Shown: piece after piece, positions 38,781-51,810 of the stretch | Layout: every line of letters starts with the position of its first letter | Position numbering within the stretch: position 1 is the first letter of the stretch | NCBI RefSeq assembly: GCF_001194135.2 | Contig: NC_068993.1 | Location: 4,223,278 to 4,287,277, forward strand | Length of the DNA stretch: 64,000 bases | Source: Octopus bimaculoides | Lineage: Eukaryota | Direction of reading: 5' to 3' | Made by a program: the position numbers and the translations under genes | The notes under the pieces: generated by a model | Told to the model about the DNA's origin: nothing | Database searches by the model: none | Seen by the model: the letters and a program-made list of their open reading frames with translations, nothing else

Positions 38781-39331
38781 AAGGTGAAAGATAAAATACT
38801 CTAAACTCTACTACTACTGCTGCTACTGCTGCTACTGGTGTTTTCTCATTATTTAATACCAGAGAAGTATTCTAAACAAAATACCTCCAAATTCTTCTTC
38901 CCAACGTCTGTCACTCTTCCAGCCTACGTCATCCTCCTCCTCCTCCTCCTCTTCCTACATCCAAACCTTCAATAAATATGCCAAACACTACAAAACTCTG
39001 TTGTTTTATATATTTAATTAATGTCACCATCACCACCATCACCACCATCACCATCTCCACTAGCAACAGTGCCACCATCACCATCACCACTACTACCACC
39101 ATCACCATCACCACTACTACTACCACCACTACCACCACCACCTCCATTGCCTCTGCTGTGGTGATATTTTACATCAAGAACCACTGCAATGGACGTTTAC
39201 TCAGCTGTTTCCGACTTGTAATTCGACTGACTTCCATAAAACAGACAACAAAATCACACACACACACACGGTCGCTCTCTCCTTCTTCTCTCTCTCATAT
39301 AGATATCTATAGATAAATACATGTATGCATC

Positions 39332-39387
<56 letters not shown>

Positions 39388-40310
39388 TTCTCACACTTAC
39401 TCACATATACAGGTATGTATGCATGCACACACAGACACACACACACATAAAGACTCTGCCATACACATACACATTGTCATGCCCATACACTCATTCCCAC
39501 AAGTTCATTTCACTTTCTTGTAAAGTGACACGTAAACACACACATTCATACACATACATATGCACTATCACATACACACTGTCACACGCTATTGCACACA
39601 CATTCGCACACGCATACGCACACACACACAAACACACACATAGATCATTACACCTAAATTTTTAAATAAATGATAAAACAACATTGAAAGACAGGTAACG
39701 GCGGGGATGGATATCATCTGTCTCAGATAATGACATGTATATAGTGTGTCCTAATGTCCGGGGTATATATATATATATNNNNNNNNNNNNNNNNNNNNNN
39801 NNNNNNNNNNNNNNNNNNNNNNNNNNNNNNNNNNNNNNNNNNNNNNNNNNNNNNNNNNNNNNNNNNNNNNNNNNNNNNNNNNNNNNNNNNNNNNNNNNNN
39901 NNNNNNNNNNNNNNNNNNNNNNNNNNNNNNNNNNNNNNNNNNNNNNNNNNNNNNNNNNNNNNNNNNNNNNNNNNNNNNNNNNNNNNNNNNNNNNNNNNNN
40001 NATAGTTTACTGTTCCTGCTAAGGTAAGATCAACAAAAATGTACTCCATCCCATCCAGTGAGAGATAAAGATCCAGTGAAATATAAAAATATATAGAGAT
40101 AGATAATGTGTAGATAGATGTGTGCTATGTCTGACAGTTTACAAGGCTTGAATGTCCCAGAAAATTAGCTTGGGTTTTAAAAACACAAGGGTTTAAGTTA
40201 TAGGTGTGTGGTTCCAGAAATGCTCCTTAACTGAGGTGAATCTTAAATGTTTTCTCACATTAGCAAACATGGTACACCCCTCTGTCTATCTATCTATCTA
40301 TCTATCTCTG

Positions 40311-40380
<70 letters not shown>

Positions 40381-40429
40381 TATATATGTGTGTCTGCATG
40401 TATATGTATACATATGTATTCTTACATAC

Positions 40430-40492
<63 letters not shown>

Positions 40493-41723
40493 AGGGAGTG
40501 CCATTTTTATCTGACACATTGACCACATTGTGTATTATATACCTGCTTGAAGACAATAGAGTTTGATTTGAGTAAGATTTGACTACTGTTTCTAGCAGAT
40601 CCTGTAGCCGTGTACAGGTTCTCTTGTTGATTTTGCTGTTTGAAAGATTTCAAAGAATCATGGTTCTGGAACCTAGTACCAATATTCTTTCTGTTTATTT
40701 TAGTTCACCATGTCTGTCTTTAGAGTTATTTCGGTTTGGTAAAACTTTTCATCATTTTCTGTTCCATGATTTGATTCCAAGACTTGAGGCGATGGAGTAT
40801 TTAACTCTGCAAACATCTTGGAAGCAACCTCTCTTTCTCTCTCTTTCTCTGTCTTTCCTAATATATATACATATATGCACACACATACAAACATGCATAT
40901 ACACATATTACATATCTATGCTTGCATACATACATGCACACATATATACTATGTATACATAGAGTTATACATGCATATATATATAGATAGATATATAAAT
41001 ATATATACATACATACATGTTTATATNNNNNNNNNNNNNNNNNNNNNNNNNNNNNNNNNNNNNNNNNNNNNNNNNNNNNNNNNNNNNNNNNNNNNNNNNN
41101 NNNNNNNNNNNNNNNNNNNNNNNNNNNNNNNNNNNNNNNNNNNNNNNNNNNNNNNNNNNNNNNNNNNNNNNNNNNNNNNNNNNNNNNNNNNNNNNNNNNN
41201 NNNNNNNNNNNNNNNNNNNNNNNNNNNNNNNNNNNNNNNNNNNNNNNNNNNNNNNNNNNNNNNNNNNNNNNNNNNNNNNNNNNNNNNNNNNNNNNNNNNN
41301 NNNNNNNNNNNNNNNNNNNNNNNNNNNNNNNNNNNNNNNNNNNNNNNNNNNNNNNNNNNNNNNNNNNNNNNNNNNNNNNNNNNNNNNNNNNNNNNNNNNN
41401 NNNNNNNNNNNNNNNNNNNNNNNNNNNNNNNNNNNNNNNNNNNNNNNNNNNNNNNNNNNNNNNNNNNNNNNNNNNNNNNATATATATATATATATATATA
41501 TACATATACACGCACACACACATATATATACATTTACTTGCATGCACACATGCATGCAGATGCATGTACCATATACATCCATATATGTACATACATGCAT
41601 ATATGTCTATATATATATACATGCACATATATATGAACATATATATACATTCATACACATACATATGAACATGCATATATATATATACACATGCATATAT
41701 TCATATATACACATACATATGAA

Positions 41724-41755
<32 letters not shown>

Positions 41756-42493
41756 TGCAAACATGTAAGCCGCTTGATACATGTGTTAACAACCCATAAC
41801 AAGCCACATTGTTAACTCATCACAGGGAAGTGAAGCTTCACAATGAAAACGCTGGGAAACATCTTAAGCCAGGGTGGATGTGTAGCTTAAAAAAAAAAAA
41901 TTCACAGAATCCTGTAGATGCAAAATCTAACACAGACAAAATCTTTCACAAAACATCGGAAATATTTAAACCAGAAATTAGAAAACCAGTCAGAACACTC
42001 AGGAATTGAAACCTTAAACTCATCACTACATCAGCTGAAACAATAACTCACCTCCACAGCTGAAGAACTTAAAATACAAATCTGTTTATAATAAACACCA
42101 AATGCTAAACAGATCTTTTGTCAGAGACTTGAAGTCAGTCTGTTTTAGTTTCAATGGAAATGGTTAAATCTCTGTAAAAGACCCCCACTTTTACTGGAAG
42201 AAAAGTTGATAGCTAATGGGGGTTTATAAGAGGGCAAAATCTGAAGCAAAACAAATTAGTTGTATGAGTAGAAGAACTAAAAAAGGACTACTATGGCAAA
42301 TAATTGGACAAAAACGATATGAAGTTGATAGCCCAGTACTGGAAATTGTCTTACAGATAAAGAAGAGAAAGGGACACTACCTGGGTTCAAACCCACGTGC
42401 ATTTTGTTCCTTGCTTTCTTCTTTCCCTTTCTTGTCTTTTCTAGATTTTCTTTTAGTTCCTGACAAAGGACTATGCTTGAAACATTATAGTTC

Positions 42494-42640
42494 AGGCATG
42501 GCTGTGTGGTAAGAAGCTTGCTTCCCAACCACATGGTTCCAGGTTCAGTCCCACTCCCACTCCCACAGCACATCACTTTAGGCAGGTGTCTTCCATTATA
42601 AAACCTTAGGCTGATCAAAATCTTGTGTATGGATTTGATA
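42494..42640 (+). mobile_element. Family B SINE head, interrupted by family D
   Basis: ggcatggctgtgtggtaagaagcttgcttcccaaccacatggttccaggttcagtcccac...ggatttgata. Confidence 0.88.
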
Positions 42641-42702
42641 GGTGTCTTGGGGAAATTTCGAACTGGGGTTCTCATTCCTAAGGTATTTTTCGATATTATT
42701 GC

Positions 42703-42743
<41 letters not shown>

Positions 42744-42783
42744 TCACTGCCTGGAATCGAACTTGGAATCTTGGGGTTAGTAG
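42640..42783 (-). mobile_element. Family D 5' half (collinear head and body, ending at the start of the hammerhead)
   Basis: Reverse complement: ctactaaccccaagattccaagttcgattccaggcagtgacctgaat(AAT)n..atcgaaaaataccttaggaatgagaaccccagttcgaaatttccccaagacacct. This shows the un-inverted order of the element. Confidence 0.88.
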
Positions 42784-43233
42784 ATAGAAAGATAGACAGA
42801 CAGCTAGCTAGATAGATAGATTGATCTTGGTGTTTACATCTGTTTACATCCGTTAATAGAAACACATACACATACACACACGCACACACACACTCATATA
42901 TATGAGTGTATATGTGTGTTTGTGCCTGTGTGTGAGTGCTCGTGTGAACTAAATTACAAGTTAATAGATATATTCTGTTAGCTAATATAACATTGAAACC
43001 ATTCCCTGTTAGCACATCAGTAATTTATTAATCACACAAGCTGCCAAGAATATGTTAGAGATGCAAATCATTCTATCCAATTTCACTTAAGTCCTTAGTA
43101 ATAGCAGGTTCATAAGCAGGGTCTCCACGGGCTGTTGAAGAAACGACTCTGTTGCTAATGAAATCCCAAACGCTGGATTAAATTGCCGAGGAATATAAAC
43201 TTTATTTAATATATATATAAATGTGTGTGCGTG

Positions 43234-43277
<44 letters not shown>

Positions 43278-44473
43278 AAGAGGGTGTAATATATTCATGT
43301 GCCAACAGTTCAGGGCAGTTAATTATTTTTCAGTTTTATGCATAGAAATGTCAGTATGTACATGTGTTGTATATTTAAATACGTGTGAGTATACCTACAT
43401 ACACATTCACCCTCCCATACATATACATACATGTATATACATACACACATACACACATATATATATGTATCTATATGCATATGCAAACATATNNNNNNNN
43501 NNNNNNNNNNNNNNNNNNNNNNNNNNNNNNNNNNNNNNNNNNNNNNNNNNNNNNNNNNNNNNNNNNNNNNNNNNNNNNNNNNNNNNNNNNNNNNNNNNNN
43601 NNNNNNNNNNNNNNNNNNNNNNNNNNNNNNNNNNNNNNNNNNNNNNNNNNNNNNNNNNNNNNNNNNNNNNNNNNNNNNNNNNNNNNNNNNNNNNNNNNNN
43701 NNNNNNNNNNNNNNNNNNNNNNNNNNNNNNNNNNNNNNNNNNNNNNNNNNNNNNNNNNNNNNNNNNNNNNNNNNNNNNNNNNNNNNNNNNNNNNNNNNNN
43801 NNNNNNNNNNNNNNNNNNNNNNNNNNNNNNNNNNNNNNNNNNNNNNNNNNNNNNNNNNNNNNNNNNNNNNNNNNNNNNNNNNNNNNNNNNNNNNNNNNNN
43901 NNNNNNNNNNNNNNNNNNNNNNNNNNNNNNNNNNNNNNNNNNNNNNNNNNNNNNNNNNNNNNNNNNNNNNNNNNNNNNNNNNNNNNNNNNNNNNNNNNNN
44001 NNNNNNNNNNNNNNNNNNNNNNNNNNNNNNNNNNNNNNNNNNNNNNNNNNNNNNNNNNNNNNNNNNNNNNNNNNNNNNNNNNNNNNNNNNNNNNNNNNNN
44101 NNNNNNNNNNNNNNNNNNNNNNNNNNNNNNNNNNNNNNNNNNNNNNNNNNNNNNNNNNNNNNNNNNNNNNNNNNNNNNNNNNNNNNNNNNNNNNNNNNNN
44201 NNNNNNNNNNNNNNNNNNNNNNNNNNNNNNNNNNNNNNNNNNNNNNNNNNNNNNNNNNNNNNNNNNNNNNNNNNNNNNNAGGAGTGAAAAAACACAGGCA
44301 AGATAAAGTATTTATACTACCAAGATGCAGTTTATGGGTTCAAATACACCACAGACATTTTGTTTTTTATTCCAAATTTGGTATTTACAGTGACAATAAC
44401 TCAGACTAGGAACAAATTCCTTCAACTGTATTGAAAAACATGAGTTACCAATAGCAGAGCAATAACAAACACA

Positions 44474-44824
44474 ATGGTTGTGGAACTGTTTCCAGAGGGA
44501 AACACAATCTTTCAGGATGATAATACACCAATTCCCACAGCTAAAGTTGTTACTGAATGGCACGAGGAACATTCTAGTGAAGTTGAACATCTTATCTGGC
44601 CACCACAGTCCCCCGACCACAATATTATTGAAAATTTATGGTGCATTTTAGAAAAACAAGTAAAGAGTCGATATCCTCCACCATCATCACTACAAGAACT
44701 GGAGACTGTTTTAGCTGAAGAATGGACAAAAATTCCTTTGGAAACAATTCAAACTTTGTACGAGTCCATACCTCATAGAATTCAAGCTGTAATTATTGTT
44801 AAAGGTGGTCCTACCCCATATTAA
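44474..44824 (+). pseudogene. Tc1-like transposase C-terminal fragment (DDE_3 domain, D36E spacing)
   Basis: ORF with FQDDNTPIP...WPPQSPDHNIIENLW...GGPTPY*. The N-terminal DNA-binding region and first Asp are absent, and the expected His in NxPxH is Pro. Confidence 0.9.
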
Positions 44825-44825
44825 C

Positions 44826-45022
44826 ATGGCATATATATTCCTCACCTGGATGAGATGCTAGTCCGTCACAGGATTAACTCACTTTTGCCAGCTGAGTGGA
44901 CAAGAGCAACATAAAATGAAGTGTTTTGCTGAAGAACACAATGCATTGCCCAATTCAAGAATCGAAACCACATTCTTACTCTCACAAGTCCAACTCCCGA
45001 ACCACTAAGCCACACACCTCCA
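44826..45022 (-). mobile_element. Family C SINE with a CORE/Meta-like central domain
   Basis: Reverse complement: gtggaggtgtgtggcttagtggttcggg...ggtttcgattc...ttcagcaaaacacttcattttatgttgctcttgtccactcagctggcaaaagtgag. Confidence 0.82.
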
Positions 45023-47774
45023 CATCTGTAAATATTACTCCAGTGGGATTTGAACATGGATATAAGAAAATAAAAATTAAATGTTTCAATAAAGTATTAA
45101 ATTAAATTACTCTGCAATAATTGGGCAAGACAAAGTATTTTATTTAACAAGCTAATAAATCAACTAATTCACAAATTTTCAGCAAAATAATGTTTTGATA
45201 TATAATATCAATATATATATAAACAGCTTAATTATAGATGAATATTTTATCAAAAATCTAATTAAGATGAAGGTTTAATACTCACACCTACTCATTAGGT
45301 TGCATTGATTATATATGGCAACTATTTATTAACAATATTAAATAATATATTACGTGAACCCATGAATATGAGATCTGAACAGTTAACAGTGAGTTAGTGT
45401 TATGTTGGAATAAACTTCATAAAATCAACTTAAGATGACTCCAACTACTACACTTGGACATACTTGTACTACACCGTCTCTTCAGATGACTATGCATCTA
45501 ATGGGGGAAAATATGATCCTTTGCCATGCGTTATATAACAGGATACAAAATCTTGACATGAAGGGTCAGTAGGCTGTAATGTAAATATATTACATAGAAT
45601 CAGGAGCACTTGAACCACCAGCAGCAGCAGCAGCAGCAGTAGTAGTAGAAAAAAGATGGAAGAGGGGGTAGTACCAACGGCAGCAGCAGTAGTGGTGGCT
45701 GTAGTAGTGGTAGAAGAAGAAGAAGAAGAAGAAGAAGAAGAAAGAGGGGGTAGTACCAACAGTGGCAGTAGTAGTGGTGGCTGTAGTAGTAGTAGTTGTT
45801 GTTGTTGCTGTAGAAATAACTGTAGCAGCAATTTCAGTGGCAGTGGTGCATGTAGAGGTGGTGACAATAATGGTGGTGGTGGTGGTGTTGATGGTGGTGG
45901 TGTTGATTGTGGTGGTCGTCGCAGTGGTGGTGTGCTGGCAGCAGTGACAGTTCCTGAAGAAAAAAAAAAAATGGAAAACTACCCAAATGTTTCTAATAGA
46001 ATATTTTCTTTAGGCAGAATCATTTCTGTGAATTAAGATTTCTCACATTGGTCATTAAAACAATATTAATTTCCATTACCAATTGCAGAAAGAAAAACAG
46101 AAACAAAAAGAACAAAAAAAAAACAAAAAAGAAAAAGATAATATAAGACCAAACAAAACAAAAAAAAATCCAAACAAAAACTGAAAGAAACAAAAACTAA
46201 AGAATGAATATCTCTTTGTTTGAGTATTTTGAGGAGGTGATAGAAGTGCGTGTACACAGTGGGTGGTATTCTCTATTTTTCTCCTTAAGGAATTACCTAA
46301 AATAAATGCTATCCTGATACCATTTTGGTAAAAATTATTCCTTCAATTTCCAAGAAGCATTGATAACTTGAGTCACATGAAAAAAAAAATATTTCCAATG
46401 GATTTTCAAGGAGAAGCACGGCATTGTTTATTGTAAAGTTAGTTGTAGAAACAAAGTGTTTGTTTGTGTTTTATTAATTTTATTAATTGGTGTGTTGAGG
46501 GTCCTTCAATTAATTTTTTATTCTCTGAATCTCTATTGACAAAAATAACTTGCCCATGTGTTAATTGTTTAACTGATTAAAAATTAATGGCCTGCTAATT
46601 GATTCAGACAAAAGATTTTCCCATGAAAAGGTTAAATGATAGCACTTGCTTCATATGTCACTGTTGGGTGTGAGTGCATGTGTGAACGTGCATGTGTGAA
46701 CGTGCATGTGTGAACGTGCGTGTGTGTGTGTGTGTGTGTATGGGTGTATGCGTGTGTGTATGCAAAAGTGCATGTATGTGTGGCATCATGCATATGCATG
46801 TGTGTATGTGTTGGCATGTGTTTAAGTGTATGCATATGTGTACTTATGCGAAGGGATACATGCAGGTGTGCGTGTATATGAAAATGTATGTATGTGTGAG
46901 TGTGTGTATGTGAGAATGTGTTTGAAGTGTGCAAGTGTNNNNNNNNNNNNNNNNNNNNNNNNNNNNNNNNNNNNNNNNNNNNNNNNNNNNNNNNNNNNNN
47001 NNNNNNNNNNNNNNNNNNNNNNNNNNNNNNNNNNNNNNNNNNNNNNNNNNNNNNNNNNNNNNNNNNNNNNNNNNNNNNNNNNNNNNNNNNNNNNNNNNNN
47101 NNNNNNNNNNNNNNNNNNNNNNNNNNNNNNNNNNNNNNNNNNNNNNNNNNNNNNNNNNNNNNNNNNNNNNNNNNNNNNNNNNNNNNNNNNNNNNNNNNNN
47201 NNNNNNNNNNNNNNNNNNNNNNNNNNNNNNNNNNNNNNNNNNNNNNNNNNNNNNNNNNNNNNNNNNNNNNNNNNNNNNNNNNNNNNNNNNNNNNNNNNNN
47301 NNNNNNNNNNNNNNNNNNNNNNNNNNNNNNNNNNNNNNNNNNNNNNNNNNNNNNNNNNNNNNNNNNNNNNNNNNNNNNNNNNNNNNNNNNNNNNNNNNNN
47401 NNNNNNNNNNNNNNNNNNNNNNNNNNNNNNNNNNNNNNNNNNNNNNNNNNNNNNNNNNNNNNNNNNNNNNNNNNNNNNNNNNNNNNNNNNNNNNNNNNNN
47501 NNNNNNNNNNNNNNNNNNNNNNNNNNNNNNNNNNNNNNNNNNNNNNNNNNNNNNNNNNNNNNNNNNNNNNNNNNNNNNNNNNNNNNNNNNNNNNNNNNNN
47601 NNNNNNNNNNNNNNNNNNNNNNNNNNNNNNNNNNNNNNNNNNNNNNNNNNNNNNNNNNNNNNNNNNNNNNNNNNNNNNNNNNNNNNNNNNNNNNNNNNNN
47701 NNNNNNNNNNNNNNNNNNNNNNNNNNNNNNNNNNNNNNNNNNNNNNNNNNNNNNNNNNNNNNNNNNNNNNNNNN

Positions 47775-47812
<38 letters not shown>

Positions 47813-47814
47813 CT

Positions 47815-47816
47815 TG

Positions 47817-47847
<31 letters not shown>

Positions 47848-47900
47848 CTTACCGTCTGCTTTCCATGCTGGCATGGATTGGATGGTTTGACAGAAGCTAG
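47815..47900 (-). mobile_element. Family E tail
   Basis: (cat)n cacttaccgtctgctttccatgctggcatggattggatggtttgacagaagc. Confidence 0.85.
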
Positions 47901-48157
47901 TAAGAGAGAGAGAGATCTTAGCAATTTAAAAACTTTGAGAGAACATGAAATAACTCTTTGTTGGAACTGTGAATCTCAAAGCAGATAAAGGTATAAATAA
48001 CAGCATGTAAATATCAGGTAATCCAGAGGGTTTTTAAGTCAAACTGCTTTGGGATTTACCATTCCTAAAAAAATTAGACAGCCAGATTGACAGACAGACA
48101 GACAGACAGACAGGAAGATAGCTAGATACATACATACATACATACATGAATAGATAG

Positions 48158-48360
48158 ATAAAAGTGCCTGTGTGCTACCATGTAAAAGTGCCTGTGTGGG
48201 GCCAGGTAAAAGCACCCGAGTAGTGCCACATAATAGCACCCAGCATACTCTGTAAAGTGGTGGGCATTAGGAAGAGCGTCCAGCTGTAGAAACCAAACGA
48301 AATGAGATTGGAATCTGGTGCAGCCATCCATCTTGCCAGCTTCTATCAAACCATCCAACC
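48158..48360 (+). mobile_element. Family E body (sense)
   Basis: Sub-repeats gtaaaagtgcctgtgtg.., then gtaaagtggtgggcattaggaagagcgtccagctgtagaaacc...tatcaaaccatccaacc. Confidence 0.82.
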
Positions 48361-48427
48361 CTGGCCCCTATGAGCCAGGCATGACCCAAGAAGGGACAAA
48401 CAACAACTATAGACACACAAGTCCTGA

Positions 48428-48614
48428 GATTTTGGTGAAGAGGGATTTGTGGATTACATCAACTCCAGTGATCAACTTGTATTTTTTTTATTGGTTTTGA
48501 AAGGATGAAAAGCAAAGTCGACCTTAGTAGAATTTGAACCCAGAACACAAACACAGACAGAATGCCACAAAGCACTTTGTCCTGTGTGTTTATGATTCTG
48601 CTGCTTACCACCTT
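48428..48614 (-). mobile_element. Family A SINE (old)
   Basis: gaaaggatgaaaagcaaagtcgaccttagtagaatttgaacccagaac...gattctgctgcttaccacctt. Confidence 0.8.
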
Positions 48615-49792
48615 AAATCTACTAATAATGGTAATTTCTATCATTTGTTTCGAATCCCAGTTTACCAATGGTTTAATTTTGTAACCACCTCCCTGGTTTG
48701 ACTCCGTCCCCTAACCCCTCTCACCCCAAAATTCCAAATTTTCTTCTGTCTCTCAGAAACCCTGTTAATATGGAAACTTGACCCTTAGCATTGATCCGAT
48801 ACCCTTGTCCCTAGACCCTAGGTTTTCTTCTCTCTTTTAGAAAACCCCTTTTTTCTTTTCTAAAGGAACCAAATCCTAGATTTCATCCAGACCCCTTGTC
48901 CCAGTTTTTACCACAGTTTACTTAGTCGACTANNNNNNNNNNNNNNNNNNNNNNNNNNNNNNNNNNNNNNNNNNNNNNNNNNNNNNNNNNNNNNNNNNNN
49001 NNNNNNNNNNNNNNNNNNNNNNNNNNNNGTTGTTTCATCATCGGTTCTGCCTTCCATTACTTGCTGATTCTTTGATCCTTCACAAATGGAAAAATATTAA
49101 ATATTTATTCTATTGTTTTTATGAATATGTTTATTTTGTGTGATGCTTGCGCTTGTATGTGAGTGTGCATGTGAGTCTCTGTGTATGTGCTTGCATGTGT
49201 ATATGTGTGTATATGTATGCACTTATGCTTATATGCGTATGCTTCACATTAAGTGTGCGTACACTTGTTATGTGCATGTGCACAGGTGTGTATGTGTGTC
49301 TGATGTATTATGACTGTGTGATGTTATTTGCGTTACGCATGTGCGATGTTTTATAGGTCTCCACGTGAGGCTTTGTGTGTATACATGTCTATGTGTGTCT
49401 ATAACACTATATGATTATGTGCTGTGTGTGAGTGTATATGCTATTTGTGTGTCGTATGTGTGTGTTTCCATATGCTTGCTTGCGTATGCGTATCCATGAG
49501 TGTCTGTGATAAAAGAGCCTCTGTATGTAAATGCATGTGTATGTAAATGCGTATGTTACTCCCTGTGTATATGTGTGCATGTATGCGTGTGTGTGTGTAC
49601 ATGTACAGTAACTGTTAGTATATGTATAAGTGTGTATATGTGTGTTTCTTTGCCCGCGTGTCTAAAGCTCTGTACGATTATATTTGTAAATGAGTGGGTA
49701 AGACATGTATGTGTTTAGTGTTTGCTTCCAAAGGTCTGTTTGCATATGTGTGAGAGCCCCTCTTTGTGTGTGTGTGTGTGTGTGTGTGTGTT

Positions 49793-49828
<36 letters not shown>

Positions 49829-49830
49829 TT

Positions 49831-49874
<44 letters not shown>

Positions 49875-50424
49875 GTCACTTGCTAATGTATATGTNNNNN
49901 NNNNNCATATATGTATGTGTATATATATGTGTGTGTGTGTATAGTCACTTGCTAATGTATATGTACATGTCCCTATAAATATGTGTATATATGTCTATGT
50001 GGTTCATGTGTGTTTGTTTACAGACATATGTGTGTATATGTGTGTGGTGCATATGTTTGCATACATGAATTCATATGTGTGTATGTATGCATGGTTGTGT
50101 GTATATGCATCCATGCATATGTATGTGTGTTTGTGTCCATATGTATGTGTATATTTATAAGTGTGTATATATGTGTATGTATGTGCATGTATGTATATGT
50201 TTGAATGTGTGTATATATATGTGTGCATGTGTGTGCATGTGTGAGTGAGTGCTGTGTTTAAAATACTGATATTCGCAAAAAAACATCCTCTGAATTATCA
50301 ATAAGTTAACAAGAGAAATCGATGATTGATTTTTTATTGATAATCATTGGTAGGAGGTGTAATATTCTGATGAGTAGAAGGGTGAGGATTGGTACAGAGA
50401 TGGGCTGAAGCAATGTAATGCCAA

Positions 50425-50558
50425 ACAGAATATTCAGAACTTGTCTGTCTTCACTGTTAATTACATTTTGTTTTGAGTTCAATTCCCACTGGACCATCTC
50501 CACATTGATTTTCTTCCCCCATGGGTTGTTCAGTACCAGTTGCATATTGGGGTAAATT
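50425..50558 (+). mobile_element. Family A SINE fragment (highly diverged)
   Basis: ttttgagttcaattccc...cagtaccagttgcatattgggg. Confidence 0.55.
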
Positions 50559-50881
50559 CAGAAACAGTAAACTGCTGAAATGGATATATCTAACAGGGAT
50601 GGGGGTGAGTGGAAGAAAAGAAGTGAAGAGGAAGAGGTGGAGATGAGTCAGGGGTGCAGAGGAAGAGGTGGAGGGAAAGAAGAAGAAGAAGAAGAAGAAG
50701 AAGAAGAAGAAGAAGAAGAAGAAGAAGAAGAAGAAGAAGAAGAAGAATGAACACGAGGAAGAAAGAGAGAGAGAGTGAGCGTAGAATAAAGGGGGAGGTT
50801 GGNNNNNNNNNNAGATAGATATATAGATTCACAGGCAGACAGGTAACAGGAGAGAAATAGATAGACAGACAGATATAGATT

Positions 50882-50932
<51 letters not shown>

Positions 50933-51499
50933 GGAAAGGTAAGCAGATAGGTAAATAGTTATAGGTGAACAGATATATAGACACTTCTTACCTAAATGCA
51001 TATACACATACATATACATACATACAGACAGACAGACATACATACATACATACAAGCCATAACCACTCGTAATAAAAAGGAAGTGCCAGTGGAATGTTCC
51101 AGTGGAAACAAAATGTAAGCATAATAGACCTGACATAGTGATTTGGGATAGAGAAGAGAAAATGTGTACAGTTGAGGAAATTTCCTGAACTATTGAGAAA
51201 TTTGCAGTTATTCTATCCAGATTACAAGTTCTGGTTTATGCCTGTAATTATTGGGACACTGGGATATGTAACACTGCCTAAGTACAATCTTGAGAAACTA
51301 GGTGTCTCAAAACCAAAAAGGAGAAAGCTGATTTGAAGATTACAGATCCAAGCCATCACTGAAACTGTAAAAATCTGTAAAACTTTCCAGAAGTTTATCA
51401 TTTAAATATATATGAGCATGTCTAGATCTGTGAGTATATGCATGAGAAGACAAACACAAAACAAAACATACACATCTGGACTTGTATATACACATACAA

Positions 51500-51605
51500 A
51501 CAAAAAGACCTTGTTGTTGATGTTGAAATTCCAAGGAAGGAGCCTTGGATCTAGGTTAGAAACCAGTTCTTTCATTATTGGCAAGAAATCTTGAAATAAA
51601 ACTGA
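51500..51605 (-). repeat. Dispersed repeat, inverted partner of 25140-25240
   Basis: ttgaaattccaaggaaggagccttggatctaggttagaaaccagttctttcattattggcaagaaatcttgaaataaaac. Confidence 0.85.
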
Positions 51606-51767
51606 ACAACCACATACACACTTACATGCATGGAGAGAGAGAGAGTAGAATGCATGTATGCATGCATTGTTGGATGGAGGGACAGAGAGACAAATAGACG
51701 AATAGTAAGACAGACAAACCGGCAAACAGATAGATACACAGAGAGTTATACTGACAGGGCAGTATAA

Positions 51768-51810
<43 letters not shown>

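Noticed and set aside
905-40612. Motif gactgctatttctagcagg at about 905, 26485 (reverse complement) and 40579 as a regulatory site
   Set aside because: Better explained as remnants of another dispersed repeat, and too short to classify.
42216-42400. ORF start resembling a LINE ORF2 linker (Y..AK.EAK)
   Set aside because: Similarity is too weak and short to call.
48660-48932. CCCTAA-like runs suggesting telomeric repeat
   Set aside because: A single ccctaaccc in C-run-rich sequence next to a gap. It looks like low-quality contig-end sequence.
49860-49968. Direct repeat gtgtgtgtgtatagtcacttgctaatgtatatgt on both sides of a 10-N gap
   Set aside because: Most likely an unmerged contig overlap (assembly artefact).
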